From contig CAZVNJ010000011.1 of assembly GCA_964628985.1 (NCBI GenBank), positions 2,672 to 66,671 on the forward strand: a stretch of DNA of 64,000 nt, given 5' to 3'. This DNA is from an uncultured Dehalococcoides sp. GTDB taxonomy: Bacteria > Chloroflexota > Dehalococcoidia > UBA2979. This document shows, in pieces, positions 38,355 to 47,642 of this stretch; within the stretch, counting starts at the first letter, position 1; every line of letters starts with the position of its first letter. Both the position numbers and the translations under genes were made by a program. The notes below the pieces were generated by a model that worked only from the letters and a program-made list of their open reading frames with translations, did not search any database and was not told where the DNA came from.

Positions 38355-39626
38355 ATGGCCGACGACCTGCGCGCGCCCCGGGGAATGCACGACCTGCTGC
38401 CGGAGGACGCCGCGCTCTGGTCGCACATCCGCCGCTCCGCTGAGGCCGTCGCCCACCGCTTCGGCTACCGCCCAATCGCGACCCCCATCGTCGAGGACGC
38501 CCGGGTCTTCCTCCGCACCGCCGGGGACGAGTCGGACATCGTCCAGAAGGAGGTCTACCTCTTCGAGGACCGGGGAAACGACCGCCTCGCCCTCCGACCC
38601 GAGGGGACGGCGGGCGTCTGCCGGGCCTACCTGGAGCACGGCATGGGCTCCTGGCCCCAGCCGGTGCGCCTCTACTACTTCGGCCCGTTTTTCCGCTACG
38701 ACCGCCCGCAGGCTGGCCGTTACCGCCAGCTGTGGCAGTTCGGCGCCGAGGCGATCGGCAGCGACTCCCCCGCCCTCGATGCGGAACTCATCGACCTGCA
38801 GGCCACCATCTACCGGGAGGTAGGCCTCTTGAACATCGCCCCGAGGATCAACAGCATCGGCACGGCCGCGACGCGCGCCCGGTACGTCGAGGCCCTCCGG
38901 ACGCACTTCTCCCCGCACCTCGCGACGCTGTCGAAGGACTCGCAGCGGCGCTACGAGACGAACATCCTGCGGATCCTTGACTCGAAGGAGGATGCCGGCC
39001 ACCCGGCGGTCGCTGGCGCTCCGAGCATCCTCGACTTCCTCGACGCCGCCGACAGCGACCACTTCGAGGCGGTGAAGGCCCACCTCGATGCACTCGGCAT
39101 CGCCTATGAGGTGGACCCGCGCATCGTCCGCGGCCTCGACTACTACTCCCGCACCGTCTGGGAGTTCGAGCCGCGCGACGCCACCGGGTCACAGGGTGCC
39201 GTCGGCGCGGGCGGCCGCTACGACGGGCTGATCGAACTCCTCGGCGGGCCTCACACTCCCGCGGTCGGCTTCGGGGCGGGCGTCGACCGCATCGCGCTCA
39301 ACATGAAGACGCAGGAGGTCCTGCCTTCAGATCGGACCATCGAGGTGGTCACGATCCCGCTCGGGGAAGCCGGGGCGGCCGCGGCGACCCGGGCTGCCTC
39401 GCGGCTGCGTGCGGCCGGAATCTCCGTCCTGGCCGGTGTCCCCGGCCGCTCGATAAGGGCAGCCATGCGCGCTGCGGACGCCTCGGGTGCCGCGGTCGCG
39501 GTCATCATCGGCGACCGCGAGGCAGCCGACGGCATCGCGACGGTGAAACCGCTGCGTGGCGAGGGGGAACAGCGGACGATCGCCCTCGACGAGCTGCCCG
39601 AGGCCGTCCGCGCACTGATCGGGTAA
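38355..39626 (+). CDS. hisS: Histidine--tRNA ligase
   Basis: 423-aa ORF with class II aaRS motifs (RGMHDLLP, LRPEGTAG, GGGRYDGL) and a C-terminal anticodon-binding domain. Confidence 0.95.
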   Translation: MADDLRAPRGMHDLLPEDAALWSHIRRSAEAVAHRFGYRPIATPIVEDARVFLRTAGDESDIVQKEVYLFEDRGNDRLALRPEGTAGVCRAYLEHGMGSWPQPVRLYYFGPFFRYDRPQAGRYRQLWQFGAEAIGSDSPALDAELIDLQATIYREVGLLNIAPRINSIGTAATRARYVEALRTHFSPHLATLSKDSQRRYETNILRILDSKEDAGHPAVAGAPSILDFLDAADSDHFEAVKAHLDALGIAYEVDPRIVRGLDYYSRTVWEFEPRDATGSQGAVGAGGRYDGLIELLGGPHTPAVGFGAGVDRIALNMKTQEVLPSDRTIEVVTIPLGEAGAAAATRAASRLRAAGISVLAGVPGRSIRAAMRAADASGAAVAVIIGDREAADGIATVKPLRGEGEQRTIALDELPEAVRALIG

Positions 39627-39666
39627 GGCCGCCGACCGTAATCTGACCCGCTGATATCCTCGACCT

Positions 39667-40734
39667 ATGTTCGAACGACTCGCGGAGATCGCCGCGCGCT
39701 ACGACGAGTTGACGCGCCTGATGTCTGACCCCGAGGTCCAGACGGACCACCGGCGTGTCCAGGCGCTGGCGCAGGAACGCACCACTCTCGAGACCGTCGT
39801 GGAGATCTACCACCGCTACCAGCAGGCGACGAAGGACCTCGAGGAGGCGCGCGCGCTGCAGTCGGAGAGCGACGAGGAGATGCGCGAACTCGGGCGCGAG
39901 GAGGCCGAGCGGCTGACGGCGCTGGTCGCCGAGCTCGAGTCCGAGTTGAAGATGGCGCTGCTCCCGAAGGATCCGGCCGACGAGAAGGACGTGATCATCG
40001 AGGTGCGCGCCGGCACCGGCGGCGACGAGGCTGGCCTGTTTGCCTCCGACCTCTTCCGGATGTATCAGCGCTACGCCGAGCGCCGGAACTGGAAGACCGA
40101 GGTACTCAACACCTCGATCAACGAGGCCGGCGGCTACCGCGAAATCGTCTTCGAGGTGCACGGCCGAGGCGCATACAGCCGGATGAAGTACGAGTCCGGG
40201 GTGCACCGCGTGCAGCGCGTGCCTCAGACGGAGACCCAGGGCCGCATCCACACCTCGACGGCGACGGTGGCCGTGATGCCCGAGGTGGACGAGGTCGACG
40301 TCGACATCAACTGGGACGACGTGCGGATCGACATCTACCACTCGGGCGGCGCAGGTGGGCAGAACGTGAACAAGGTCGCGACGGCGGTGCGCTACACGCA
40401 CAACCCCACCGGCATCGTGGTCACGTGCCAGGACGAGCGCTCGCAGACGAAGAACCGAGAAAAGGCGGCGGCGATCCTCCGTGCCCGCCTGTACGAACTC
40501 GAACGCTCCAAGCAGGCGGCGGAGCAGGCTTCGCTGCGCAAGTCGCAGGTGGGAAGCGGCGACCGCGCGGAGAAGGTGCGAACCTACAACTTCCCACAGG
40601 ACCGCATCACCGATCACCGCGTCGGCATCACCGTGCACAGCATGCCCCGCGTGATGGACGGCGAGATCGACGCCCTGATCGACGCCGTGGCCGCCGAGGA
40701 ACAGGCGCGCCTGCTGGCCACCGTCGGCGGGTGA
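39667..40734 (+). CDS. prfA: Peptide chain release factor 1
   Basis: GGQ motif (SGGAGGQNVNKV) and an RF1-type tripeptide region (PQT) are present. 355 aa. Confidence 0.96.
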   Translation: MFERLAEIAARYDELTRLMSDPEVQTDHRRVQALAQERTTLETVVEIYHRYQQATKDLEEARALQSESDEEMRELGREEAERLTALVAELESELKMALLPKDPADEKDVIIEVRAGTGGDEAGLFASDLFRMYQRYAERRNWKTEVLNTSINEAGGYREIVFEVHGRGAYSRMKYESGVHRVQRVPQTETQGRIHTSTATVAVMPEVDEVDVDINWDDVRIDIYHSGGAGGQNVNKVATAVRYTHNPTGIVVTCQDERSQTKNREKAAAILRARLYELERSKQAAEQASLRKSQVGSGDRAEKVRTYNFPQDRITDHRVGITVHSMPRVMDGEIDALIDAVAAEEQARLLATVGG

Positions 40735-41645
40735 CCTCCGAGGCCCCCCGGCTCCTCCGCGACCTGCTCCACGCCGCGGCTCAGCGGCTCCAGGCCGTCC
40801 ACGCCGCCGACGGCATCGATGACGCCCGCCTGCAGGCGGAACTGCTCTACGGCCTGGCGGCCGGCCTCGACCGCGTCCACGTGATCGCGGCCGGCGCCGA
40901 GGCGGCCCCACCCGCCTCCGTCGAGGCATTCGAGGCGCTCCTTGAGCGGCGACTCCAGCACGAGCCGCTCGCCTACATCCTGGGGCGGCGTGAGTTCTTC
41001 GGCATGACCTTCGAGGTGGGTCCCGGCTGCCTCGTCCCCCGCCCGGAGACGGAGACGCTGGTAGAAGCCGCGCTCGAGGCGATCAAGACACACCCGAACG
41101 CCCGGCGCCTCGTCCGCGTGGCGGACATCGGCACGGGCTCCGGCGCGATCGCCCTCTCCGTCGCCCAGCACACCCCCAACGCCAGGGTGTTCGCCATCGA
41201 CGTCTCCACGGAGGCGCTGCAGTGGGCCGGGCGGAACATGCGGCGATTTGGCCTCGAGGACCGCACCATCCTGCTCGCAGGCGACCTTGCGGAGCCACTG
41301 AGCGAGCCAATCGACGTCCTGCTCGCGAATCTCCCTTATGTCTCGACGGACGAGTTTGAGGCACTTCCGGCCCAGATCCGCGAGCGCGAGCCGCGCATCG
41401 CCGTGGAAGGTGGCACGCAGGGCGTCGAGTTGATCGGGCGGCTTGCTGAGCAGTTGGACGCACACCTCGCGCCCGTGGCCGCTGCCTTATTCGAGGTGGG
41501 GGCTGGGCAGATCTCCTGGGCGGAGGAACTGGTGACACGCGCACTCACCGAGGCCGGTCGGACCAACCTCGATGTGCGGTATCACCGCGACCTGCGCGGG
41601 ATCCGCCGGGTGCTCGAGGTGCGCGTGGCGTACCCGCGCGGGTAA
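40731..41645 (+). CDS. prmC: Release-factor glutamine N5-methyltransferase
   Basis: GTG 40731 overlaps the prfA TGA and is in frame in ORF 40425-41645. SAM-binding DIGTGSGAIAL and catalytic NLPY (NPPY variant) are present. Confidence 0.88.
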   Translation: MTSEAPRLLRDLLHAAAQRLQAVHAADGIDDARLQAELLYGLAAGLDRVHVIAAGAEAAPPASVEAFEALLERRLQHEPLAYILGRREFFGMTFEVGPGCLVPRPETETLVEAALEAIKTHPNARRLVRVADIGTGSGAIALSVAQHTPNARVFAIDVSTEALQWAGRNMRRFGLEDRTILLAGDLAEPLSEPIDVLLANLPYVSTDEFEALPAQIREREPRIAVEGGTQGVELIGRLAEQLDAHLAPVAAALFEVGAGQISWAEELVTRALTEAGRTNLDVRYHRDLRGIRRVLEVRVAYPRG

Positions 41646-41665
41646 CAGACCCGCGAGGCGCCCGC

Positions 41666-41965
41666 CTATTCGCCCTCCGACAGCTCGGCGAGTGATGCCG
41701 GCACGTCGTCGTAGTCTCCCCGCACGGTCAGGCGGCCGTCCGCGAGATCGACGTCTGCGGGGATGTTCTGCTGGCCGTTCGCGAAGCGCAGGATGTACCG
41801 CCCCGGCGGCACCTCGACCACACCAGTGGCAGGATGCAGTGAGTCGAGATGGCCGCGCCAGGACTGGTAGCGGGCGGGCAAGTCGTGCAGAAACAGGTGC
41901 GCACGACACACCGATTGGCCTCGACCCACGGGAAGCAACTCAACCCATCCACCATCGAGCGTCAT
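41666..41965 (-). CDS. Small hypothetical protein
   Basis: The internal ATG at 41965 is preceded by AGGGAGGAGG. The 99-aa product (MTLDGGWVELLPVGRGQ...GRYILRFANGQQNIPADVDLADGRLTVRGDYDD) looks beta-rich. No family assignment possible. Confidence 0.45.
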   Translation of the reverse strand: MTLDGGWVELLPVGRGQSVCRAHLFLHDLPARYQSWRGHLDSLHPATGVVEVPPGRYILRFANGQQNIPADVDLADGRLTVRGDYDDVPASLAELSEGE

Positions 41966-42138
41966 CCCCGGCCTCCTCCCTTTCGGCGACACGAGAGCCG
42001 CCCGGGAACCGAAGTGAGCCAGACGGATGGTAGGGGTCCCACCGCGACCAGGCGTGCTTGTACGCACGAGTACGCACCTGTCTGCGAGCAGACCTGGGGA
42101 TGCTCGTTACTCCAGAGAGGCCGCCTCTGGAACGCGCG

Positions 42139-42873
42139 TCAGGCTGGCTGCAGAACCGTCCGCGCCCACTCGGGGTAGGTCCCGGTCTCGATCATGCGAT
42201 CGCGGACCTCGGTGCGGAGGAGTCGCAGTTCCTCCTGTGTCGGCATCTGCGTCTGGGGGACGTTCGAGATGTCACCCAGGCTGAAGCCGGTGAGGGACTG
42301 CACCTGCTCCGGCGTGTAGCCCTCGTGTACGGACTCCAGCGAATAGCAGCCGGTGCCGCGGTCGAAGGCGAGCACGGCAGCGGTCGTAAAGATCTTGAAG
42401 GGATCCTGCGGACGCTTGATCGTCGGCGGCGTCCTCCCCGCGCCGGAGATGAAGTCCACCTTCTGCACGAACGTGCGTGGCGTGTGCTCCGTCCGGAAGA
42501 AGAGGATCCGCTTCGCCGTGTACGACATCAGGCCGGAGCCGTACCCACCCGGGAGCCGCCGCTCCGGCGCGTTGGGGTCACCGAGGACGTGGAGATTGAA
42601 GTTCCCCTCCGCGTCGAACTGGACCGCGCTGTGGAAGAACAGGTCCAACTTCCCCCGCTGCGAGAGGAAGTGGATGTCCTTTCCGAGGTTCCGGTCCAGT
42701 TTCTCGCTGCCGAGGATGATGATCTCGGCGTTCGGGGCCACGGTGACCTCGGCGAGTAGCATGGCCGCCGCCGGGATCATCGAGACGGCCCCACACGCCG
42801 AGGTCTCCCAGTCGCGCACCTCGCGCGACATGAGCACCGCCAGCAGTTCGTCTGTATTCGCTGGCGCCCCCAC
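42139..42873 (-). CDS. CoA-transferase subunit B (glutaconate / 3-oxoacid CoA-transferase beta-like)
   Basis: 244-aa ORF adjacent to the subunit-A reading frame. The family I CoA-transferase beta-subunit pattern is present (ELLAVLMSRE..., LGSEKLDRNLG, ...RRLPGGYGSG). Confidence 0.82.
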   Translation of the reverse strand: MGAPANTDELLAVLMSREVRDWETSACGAVSMIPAAAMLLAEVTVAPNAEIIILGSEKLDRNLGKDIHFLSQRGKLDLFFHSAVQFDAEGNFNLHVLGDPNAPERRLPGGYGSGLMSYTAKRILFFRTEHTPRTFVQKVDFISGAGRTPPTIKRPQDPFKIFTTAAVLAFDRGTGCYSLESVHEGYTPEQVQSLTGFSLGDISNVPQTQMPTQEELRLLRTEVRDRMIETGTYPEWARTVLQPA

Positions 42874-43733
42874 TAGCCGTCTCCGAGCACTGGCACCTGC
42901 CGCACCATCGACTGGTACTCCGCCTCGCTCTTCCCGAGCACGTAGCGGTTCAGGTACGCCTGGAACGAGGCATCGTCCTGAGAGGCCTTGATGTACTCGC
43001 GGACGTGCTGTTCGTCCATCTCGTAAAGGCCCGGGACGCCTGACGGGTGCGCGCCACCCGGCGCGTGGACCACTGCCGTGACGTTGATCGCAGAGATGAA
43101 CTCGCCGCCCTCGTCATCTGCGGTCACGCGGTCCACGATCTCCTCGGCCGTCACGATCACGCGGCGCGAAGCCTGCGCGATCATCACGTCCTCGCCATGC
43201 TTACGCAGCAGCGCGTTGCCGTCGCGGTCGGCACGGATGGCGTGCAGGATCGCCACGTCTGGGTTCTGCGCCAGCGCGACGACGGTCTCTTCAGTCGGGT
43301 CGAAGGGGTTGGGCGCGATGATCATGTCGTCACGCCGCTTGAAGACGTCGGTGCCGGCAAGGCCTCGGACCGGGATGTAAGGGACGCCCATTGATCCAGC
43401 CTGGATCATTGAATAGTGGACGCCTCAGGTGTTGTCCATGGCGTAGATACGACTGGCCTTCAGGTACCGCTCAAAGTTCGGCGGTACCGTCGAGAACGGC
43501 TGGAAGCCGATGCTGCAACATTCGATGACTTTGGTCTGGCCGGTGCCGATCAAGAAGTCGAGGTTGATCGACCCTCCGACGATGCCGATGGTGTGCAGGT
43601 CCTTGACGCCGCGTCGTGCAATCTCGCGCAGCATCGCCATCGGGCTGTGGTTGAAGCCGGAACTCATCGCGACCTGGTCGCCGTCGCGGACCATGGCCGC
43701 GGCAGCCTCCAGGCTCACCAGTTTCGTCCTCAT
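42873..43733 (-). pseudogene. CoA-transferase subunit A interrupted by one in-frame TGA (43425-43427)
   Basis: ORFs 43425-43733 and 42873-43409 are in the same frame. Read together they give one subunit-A-like protein: ...RIYAMDNT*GVHYSMIQAGSMGVPYIPVRG.... No SD precedes the ATG five codons after the stop. Confidence 0.75.
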
Positions 43734-43861
43734 GAGACGCCTCCCCGACTGCGCCGGGAGTGGCCACCCGGCCTTCGTAACCCGCCAAGGGCTGGCGGAT
43801 TACGTCCATGATGGCGGACGCTACGCTTGGCCCACAAGCGCGTCAACGGACCGAGGTCATC

Positions 43862-44359
43862 ATGGCACTCCCCCGCCCCGGCGCCCCTGCACCGGACTTC
43901 AACCTTCCGGGCACCGAAGGGCAGCGGTACGTGCTCTCCGAGGCCAGGGCCCGCGGCCCGGTCCTGCTGACGTTCTTTCAGCTCGACTGCCAGGCCTGCG
44001 ACATCTCGTACCTCTTCTGGGACCGCGCCTTCGAGGGGTACGCGGGCGAGAGGTTCCAGTTGTGGGCAGTCGGCCTCGACCCGGAGGCGGACGCCGCGGC
44101 GTTCTGGGAGAAGTCGGGCGTCTCGTTCCCGGTCCTCTTCGATGACGGCATGAGCGCCCAGCGCTTCGGCCTGGTCTCCACGCCCTCGCACATCCTCGTC
44201 AACCCCGACGGCACGGTGCACTCGGCGTTCGAGGCGTTCGACCGCGCGGGCTGGAACGCGATGCTGGCGGCGGTGGCGGGGATGCTCGGTGAGGCGGCCA
44301 TCAGTATTGAGGCAGGCGAGGCCCCCGAATTCAGGCCCGGGTGCACGCTGCACGGATAG
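43862..44359 (+). CDS. Thioredoxin-fold redoxin (TlpA/AhpC-TSA-like) with CxxC motif
   Basis: ATG 43862 lies in ORF 43808-44359. The signature is PAPDFNLPGTEGQRYVLSE...VLLTFFQLDCQAC. Confidence 0.78.
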   Translation: MALPRPGAPAPDFNLPGTEGQRYVLSEARARGPVLLTFFQLDCQACDISYLFWDRAFEGYAGERFQLWAVGLDPEADAAAFWEKSGVSFPVLFDDGMSAQRFGLVSTPSHILVNPDGTVHSAFEAFDRAGWNAMLAAVAGMLGEAAISIEAGEAPEFRPGCTLHG

Positions 44360-44363
44360 CCGA

Positions 44364-44397
44364 GCGCGTGCAGAGCTGAGACCAGCCCTGCACGCGC
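44364..44397. terminator. 10-bp hairpin between convergent genes
   Basis: GCGCGTGCAG (44364-44373) pairs with CTGCACGCGC (44388-44397) around a 14-nt loop. It starts 5 nt after the redoxin stop. There is no U-tract, so function is inferred from position only. Confidence 0.35.
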
Positions 44398-44453
44398 CAG
44401 GATCAGGACGAGTAGCCGCGTCCGGCCATCGGTCAGGCTGGGAGTCGGATCCG

Positions 44454-45647
44454 CTAGATCCCCGCGGGGCGCGTCTGCGCGAGCTGGTAGATCTTGCCCT
44501 CGGTCTTGATGGACGGCGCAATGATCATGCGGGACTGATGGAAGTCCTGGATGGTCTGGGCACCGCATGTGGACATCGAGGTGCGCAGCGCGCCGACGAG
44601 GTTCTCCGTGCCATCCGTCTTCGAGGTGGGGCCGAAGAGCAGGGTCTCGAGCGTGTGCACTTGGCCGACGTGGACGCGGACGCCTCGCGGCAGTTCAGCG
44701 TGCGGCGTCGCCATGCCCCAGTGGTAGCCGCGGCCCGGTGCGCCGATGGTGCCGGCGAACGGTGAGCCAATCATGACGGCGTCCGCGCCAGCGCAGATCG
44801 ACTTCGACACGTCTCCACCGGTGCGGATGCCGCCATCCGTGATGATCGGGACGTAGCGCCCAGTCTTCTCAAAGTAGACATCGCGCGCGTAGGCCGTCTC
44901 GATGGTGGCGGATACCTGCGGCATGCCGATGCCGAGCACTTCGCGCGAGGTACAGGCGGCGCCCGGCCCGACGCCGATCAGCACAGCGTGGATGCCGGTC
45001 TCCATGAGCTCGATGGTCGCCGTGAAGTCGACGGTGTTGCCGACGATGATCGGCACGCCCTTCATCTGCTCGACCAGCTCGTCCAGGCGAAGACCCTTGA
45101 GCGAACGGGAGACGTGACGGGCGGTGGTCACCGTGGAGGCGACAACGAAGAAGTCGACGCCGGCGTCCTTGGTGATAGGAGCGAACTTCTTCGTGTTCTG
45201 TGGAGTGCAGGAGACGGCGGCCACACCGCCAGCTCGCTTGATCTCCTCGACGCGCTGGCCCACGAGATGGTCCTTGACCGGCTCCTGATAAACGCGCTGG
45301 ATGATCTTGGTGGAGGTTTCAAGATCAGCGGCGGCGATTTCCTGGAGGATCGCATCGGCGTCCTCGTAGCGGGTCCAGACGCCGTCCAGGTTGAGGACGC
45401 CCATGCCGCCGTGCTTGCTGATGCGGACGGCGAAAGCGGGGTCCACCACGCCGTCCATGGCGGAGGCGATCACCGGGATCGCAAAGGTGTGGTCGCCGAG
45501 GGTGAACTCGGGGGTGACCATCTCCGGGTTGGTCGTGACCGCCCCGGGCACGATGGCCACATCGTCGAACCCGTATGCATGCTCAAGGGTCTTAGGACGT
45601 AGCGTCGTCGTCGACAGGTCGATCTGGGTACGCTCGCTGGTGACCAT
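44454..45647 (-). CDS. GuaB3-type IMP dehydrogenase-related protein (no CBS insert)
   Basis: ATG at 45647 is preceded by GGGGAGAG (the track's earlier start at 45662 is a TTG). It is an IMPDH-like TIM barrel with an ...IGVGPGAACTSREV... active-site loop, but lacks the CBS pair. Confidence 0.85.
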   Translation of the reverse strand: MVTSERTQIDLSTTTLRPKTLEHAYGFDDVAIVPGAVTTNPEMVTPEFTLGDHTFAIPVIASAMDGVVDPAFAVRISKHGGMGVLNLDGVWTRYEDADAILQEIAAADLETSTKIIQRVYQEPVKDHLVGQRVEEIKRAGGVAAVSCTPQNTKKFAPITKDAGVDFFVVASTVTTARHVSRSLKGLRLDELVEQMKGVPIIVGNTVDFTATIELMETGIHAVLIGVGPGAACTSREVLGIGMPQVSATIETAYARDVYFEKTGRYVPIITDGGIRTGGDVSKSICAGADAVMIGSPFAGTIGAPGRGYHWGMATPHAELPRGVRVHVGQVHTLETLLFGPTSKTDGTENLVGALRTSMSTCGAQTIQDFHQSRMIIAPSIKTEGKIYQLAQTRPAGI

Positions 45648-45670
45648 GGTGACTCTCCCCAACTACGCAC

Positions 45671-45694
45671 AACCCCCTCGTCTCCGAGGGGGTT
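45671..45694. other. Perfect 10-bp/4-nt-loop hairpin in the guaB3-metG divergent region
   Basis: AACCCCCTCG, loop TCTC, then CGAGGGGGTT. It lies 24 nt upstream of the guaB3-like ATG. Confidence 0.5.
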
Positions 45695-45918
45695 GGTCAT
45701 GCGCGCACGCGGAGCCGCGAGGTACGCGGCCGACGCTTCCAGAAGTTGTGAACCCGCATCTCGTGCTCCCCGCCCAGGGAATCGAGGTCAAAGAAGGGTT
45801 CCAAACAACCTACTCCGCTGGTCGCGGCAAGGTCAACCGCTACCGCTCGCACAGGTAAGCATTTGCCGTCGGGGCCCGCCTCTGCTGCTTGCGGGGGCCC
45901 CGCGGTACGATTCCGCCG

Positions 45919-47628
45919 ATGTCCCCAAGTCACCCCCATGGCCCGGCAGACGGCAACGGACAGGCGATCCTGGTCGCGGTCGGATGGCCGTACGCGAACA
46001 ACCATCTTCATGCCGGGCACCTCGCGGGGGCGTACCTGCCGGCCGACATCTTCGCGCGTTACCAGCGAATGATGGGCGCGCGCGTCTTGATGGTGTCAGG
46101 CTCAGATTCGCACGGCACTCCTGTGACCGTGCGCGCCGAACAGGAAGGCTCGACCCCGGAGGCGGTCTTCCACCGCTACCACCAGTCCTTCCTCGACACG
46201 TTCGAGGGCTTCGGCATTTCGTTTGACCTCTTTACGTCAACAGACACCCCGAACCACATCGAGACTACCCAGGATCTCTTCCTCCGCATGCTCAAGCAGG
46301 GCGACCTGTATGAGGCCGAACAGGAGCTCCTGTTCGACCCGACGGCCGGCCGCTTCCTGCCGGATCGCTACGTCGAGGGCATCTGCCCGCGCTGCCAGTT
46401 CGACGGTGCCCGCGGTGACCAATGTGACAACTGCGGCTCCACGCTGGACGCACTCGACCTGATCAATCCTCGCTCGAAGCTGTCGGACGCCACCCCCGAG
46501 CGCCGCAAGTCCCGGCACTTCTTCCTTCGGCTGACCGCGTTCACCGAACGCCTGCTGGAGTGGATCGAGCGCCCTGAGCACAACGACTGGCGGCCCCACG
46601 TCCGCAACTTCACCCTCGGCATGCTGCGTGAGGGCCTGATCGACCGTGCAATCACCCGTGACATCACCTGGGGCGTCCCGATCCCACTCGAGGGGTACGA
46701 GTCGAAGCGGATCTACGTCTGGTTCGAGGCGGTCATCGGCTACCTCTCCGCCACGAAGGAGTGGGCTGCCTCGAGCGGCAACCCGGATGGCTGGCGCGCC
46801 TGGTGGACGGACCCCGCGGCGCGAACGGTTTACTTCATCGGCAAGGACAACGTGCCGTTCCACACCGTCATCTGGCCGGCCATGCTGATGGCCGATGGAA
46901 CCCTCAACCTGCCCTCGGACGTGCCGGCGAACCAGTACGTGACCATGTCCGGGTCGAAGGCCTCGAAGAGCCGCGGAGGCGTGGTCTGGCTTCCGGACTA
47001 CCTGGAGCGGTACGACCCCGACCCGTTCCGGTACGCGCTCACGGCGTCGATGCCGGAGACGAACGATTCCGACTTCACCTGGGCGGACTATGTCCGGCGC
47101 AACAACGACGAACTGGTGGCTCGCTGGGGCAACCTCGTGAATCGGGTGCTCACGATCACTCGCCGAAACTTCGAGGGTCGCGTACCGAAACCGCCTGCAG
47201 GGCTCGCACCGGAGTCACAGGCCCTGCTTGGTCGCGTGGACGCAGCGTTCGATTCCGTCGGCGGCGACTACGACCGTGTGCAGTTGCGGCGCGCCCTCAC
47301 GGGGGCGATGGAAGTCGCCCAGGCGGCGAACCAGTACCTGGACGCTCGGGCGCCCTGGCAGGCAGTCAAGACCGACCGGGAGCACGCGGCGGAGACGCTC
47401 TACGTAGCGCTCAACGCCATCTCCGGCCTGGTCACCCTGCTGAACCCTGTGCTGCCGTTCACGACGCAGCGAGCATGGGAGTACCTCGGCCACGAGGGGA
47501 CGGTCGGCATTGCCGGTTGGCGGCGGACGCCGGTCCTGCCGGGCACCGTCCTCCCCGAGCCAGGGCCGCTCTACAAGAAGCTGGACGACTCCGTGGTGGC
47601 CGAGGAGGAGGCGCGCCTCGGGCTCTAG
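45919..47628 (+). CDS. metG: Methionine--tRNA ligase
   Basis: ATG 45919 lies in ORF 45889-47628. It has a HIGH-like HAGHLAG motif, zinc knuckles CPRCQ...CDNCG and a KMSKS-like SKASKS motif. Confidence 0.93.
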   Translation: MSPSHPHGPADGNGQAILVAVGWPYANNHLHAGHLAGAYLPADIFARYQRMMGARVLMVSGSDSHGTPVTVRAEQEGSTPEAVFHRYHQSFLDTFEGFGISFDLFTSTDTPNHIETTQDLFLRMLKQGDLYEAEQELLFDPTAGRFLPDRYVEGICPRCQFDGARGDQCDNCGSTLDALDLINPRSKLSDATPERRKSRHFFLRLTAFTERLLEWIERPEHNDWRPHVRNFTLGMLREGLIDRAITRDITWGVPIPLEGYESKRIYVWFEAVIGYLSATKEWAASSGNPDGWRAWWTDPAARTVYFIGKDNVPFHTVIWPAMLMADGTLNLPSDVPANQYVTMSGSKASKSRGGVVWLPDYLERYDPDPFRYALTASMPETNDSDFTWADYVRRNNDELVARWGNLVNRVLTITRRNFEGRVPKPPAGLAPESQALLGRVDAAFDSVGGDYDRVQLRRALTGAMEVAQAANQYLDARAPWQAVKTDREHAAETLYVALNAISGLVTLLNPVLPFTTQRAWEYLGHEGTVGIAGWRRTPVLPGTVLPEPGPLYKKLDDSVVAEEEARLGL

Positions 47629-47642
47629 CCCGGCGCGACGCG

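Noticed and set aside
36376-39083. ORF 36376-38241 (+) antisense to relA/spoT, and ORF 38031-39083 (-) antisense to hisS.
   Set aside because: Both partner genes carry diagnostic motifs. The antisense products are Arg/Asp/His/Gly-rich with no family signature.
43425-43427. Reading the in-frame TGA of the CoA-transferase A subunit as selenocysteine.
   Set aside because: As far as I know, CoA-transferases are not selenoproteins. The position does not look like a catalytic Cys site. The nearby palindrome is short (effective stem about 6 bp) and starts 16 nt downstream. No sel genes are visible in the window. A nonsense mutation or sequencing error is more parsimonious.
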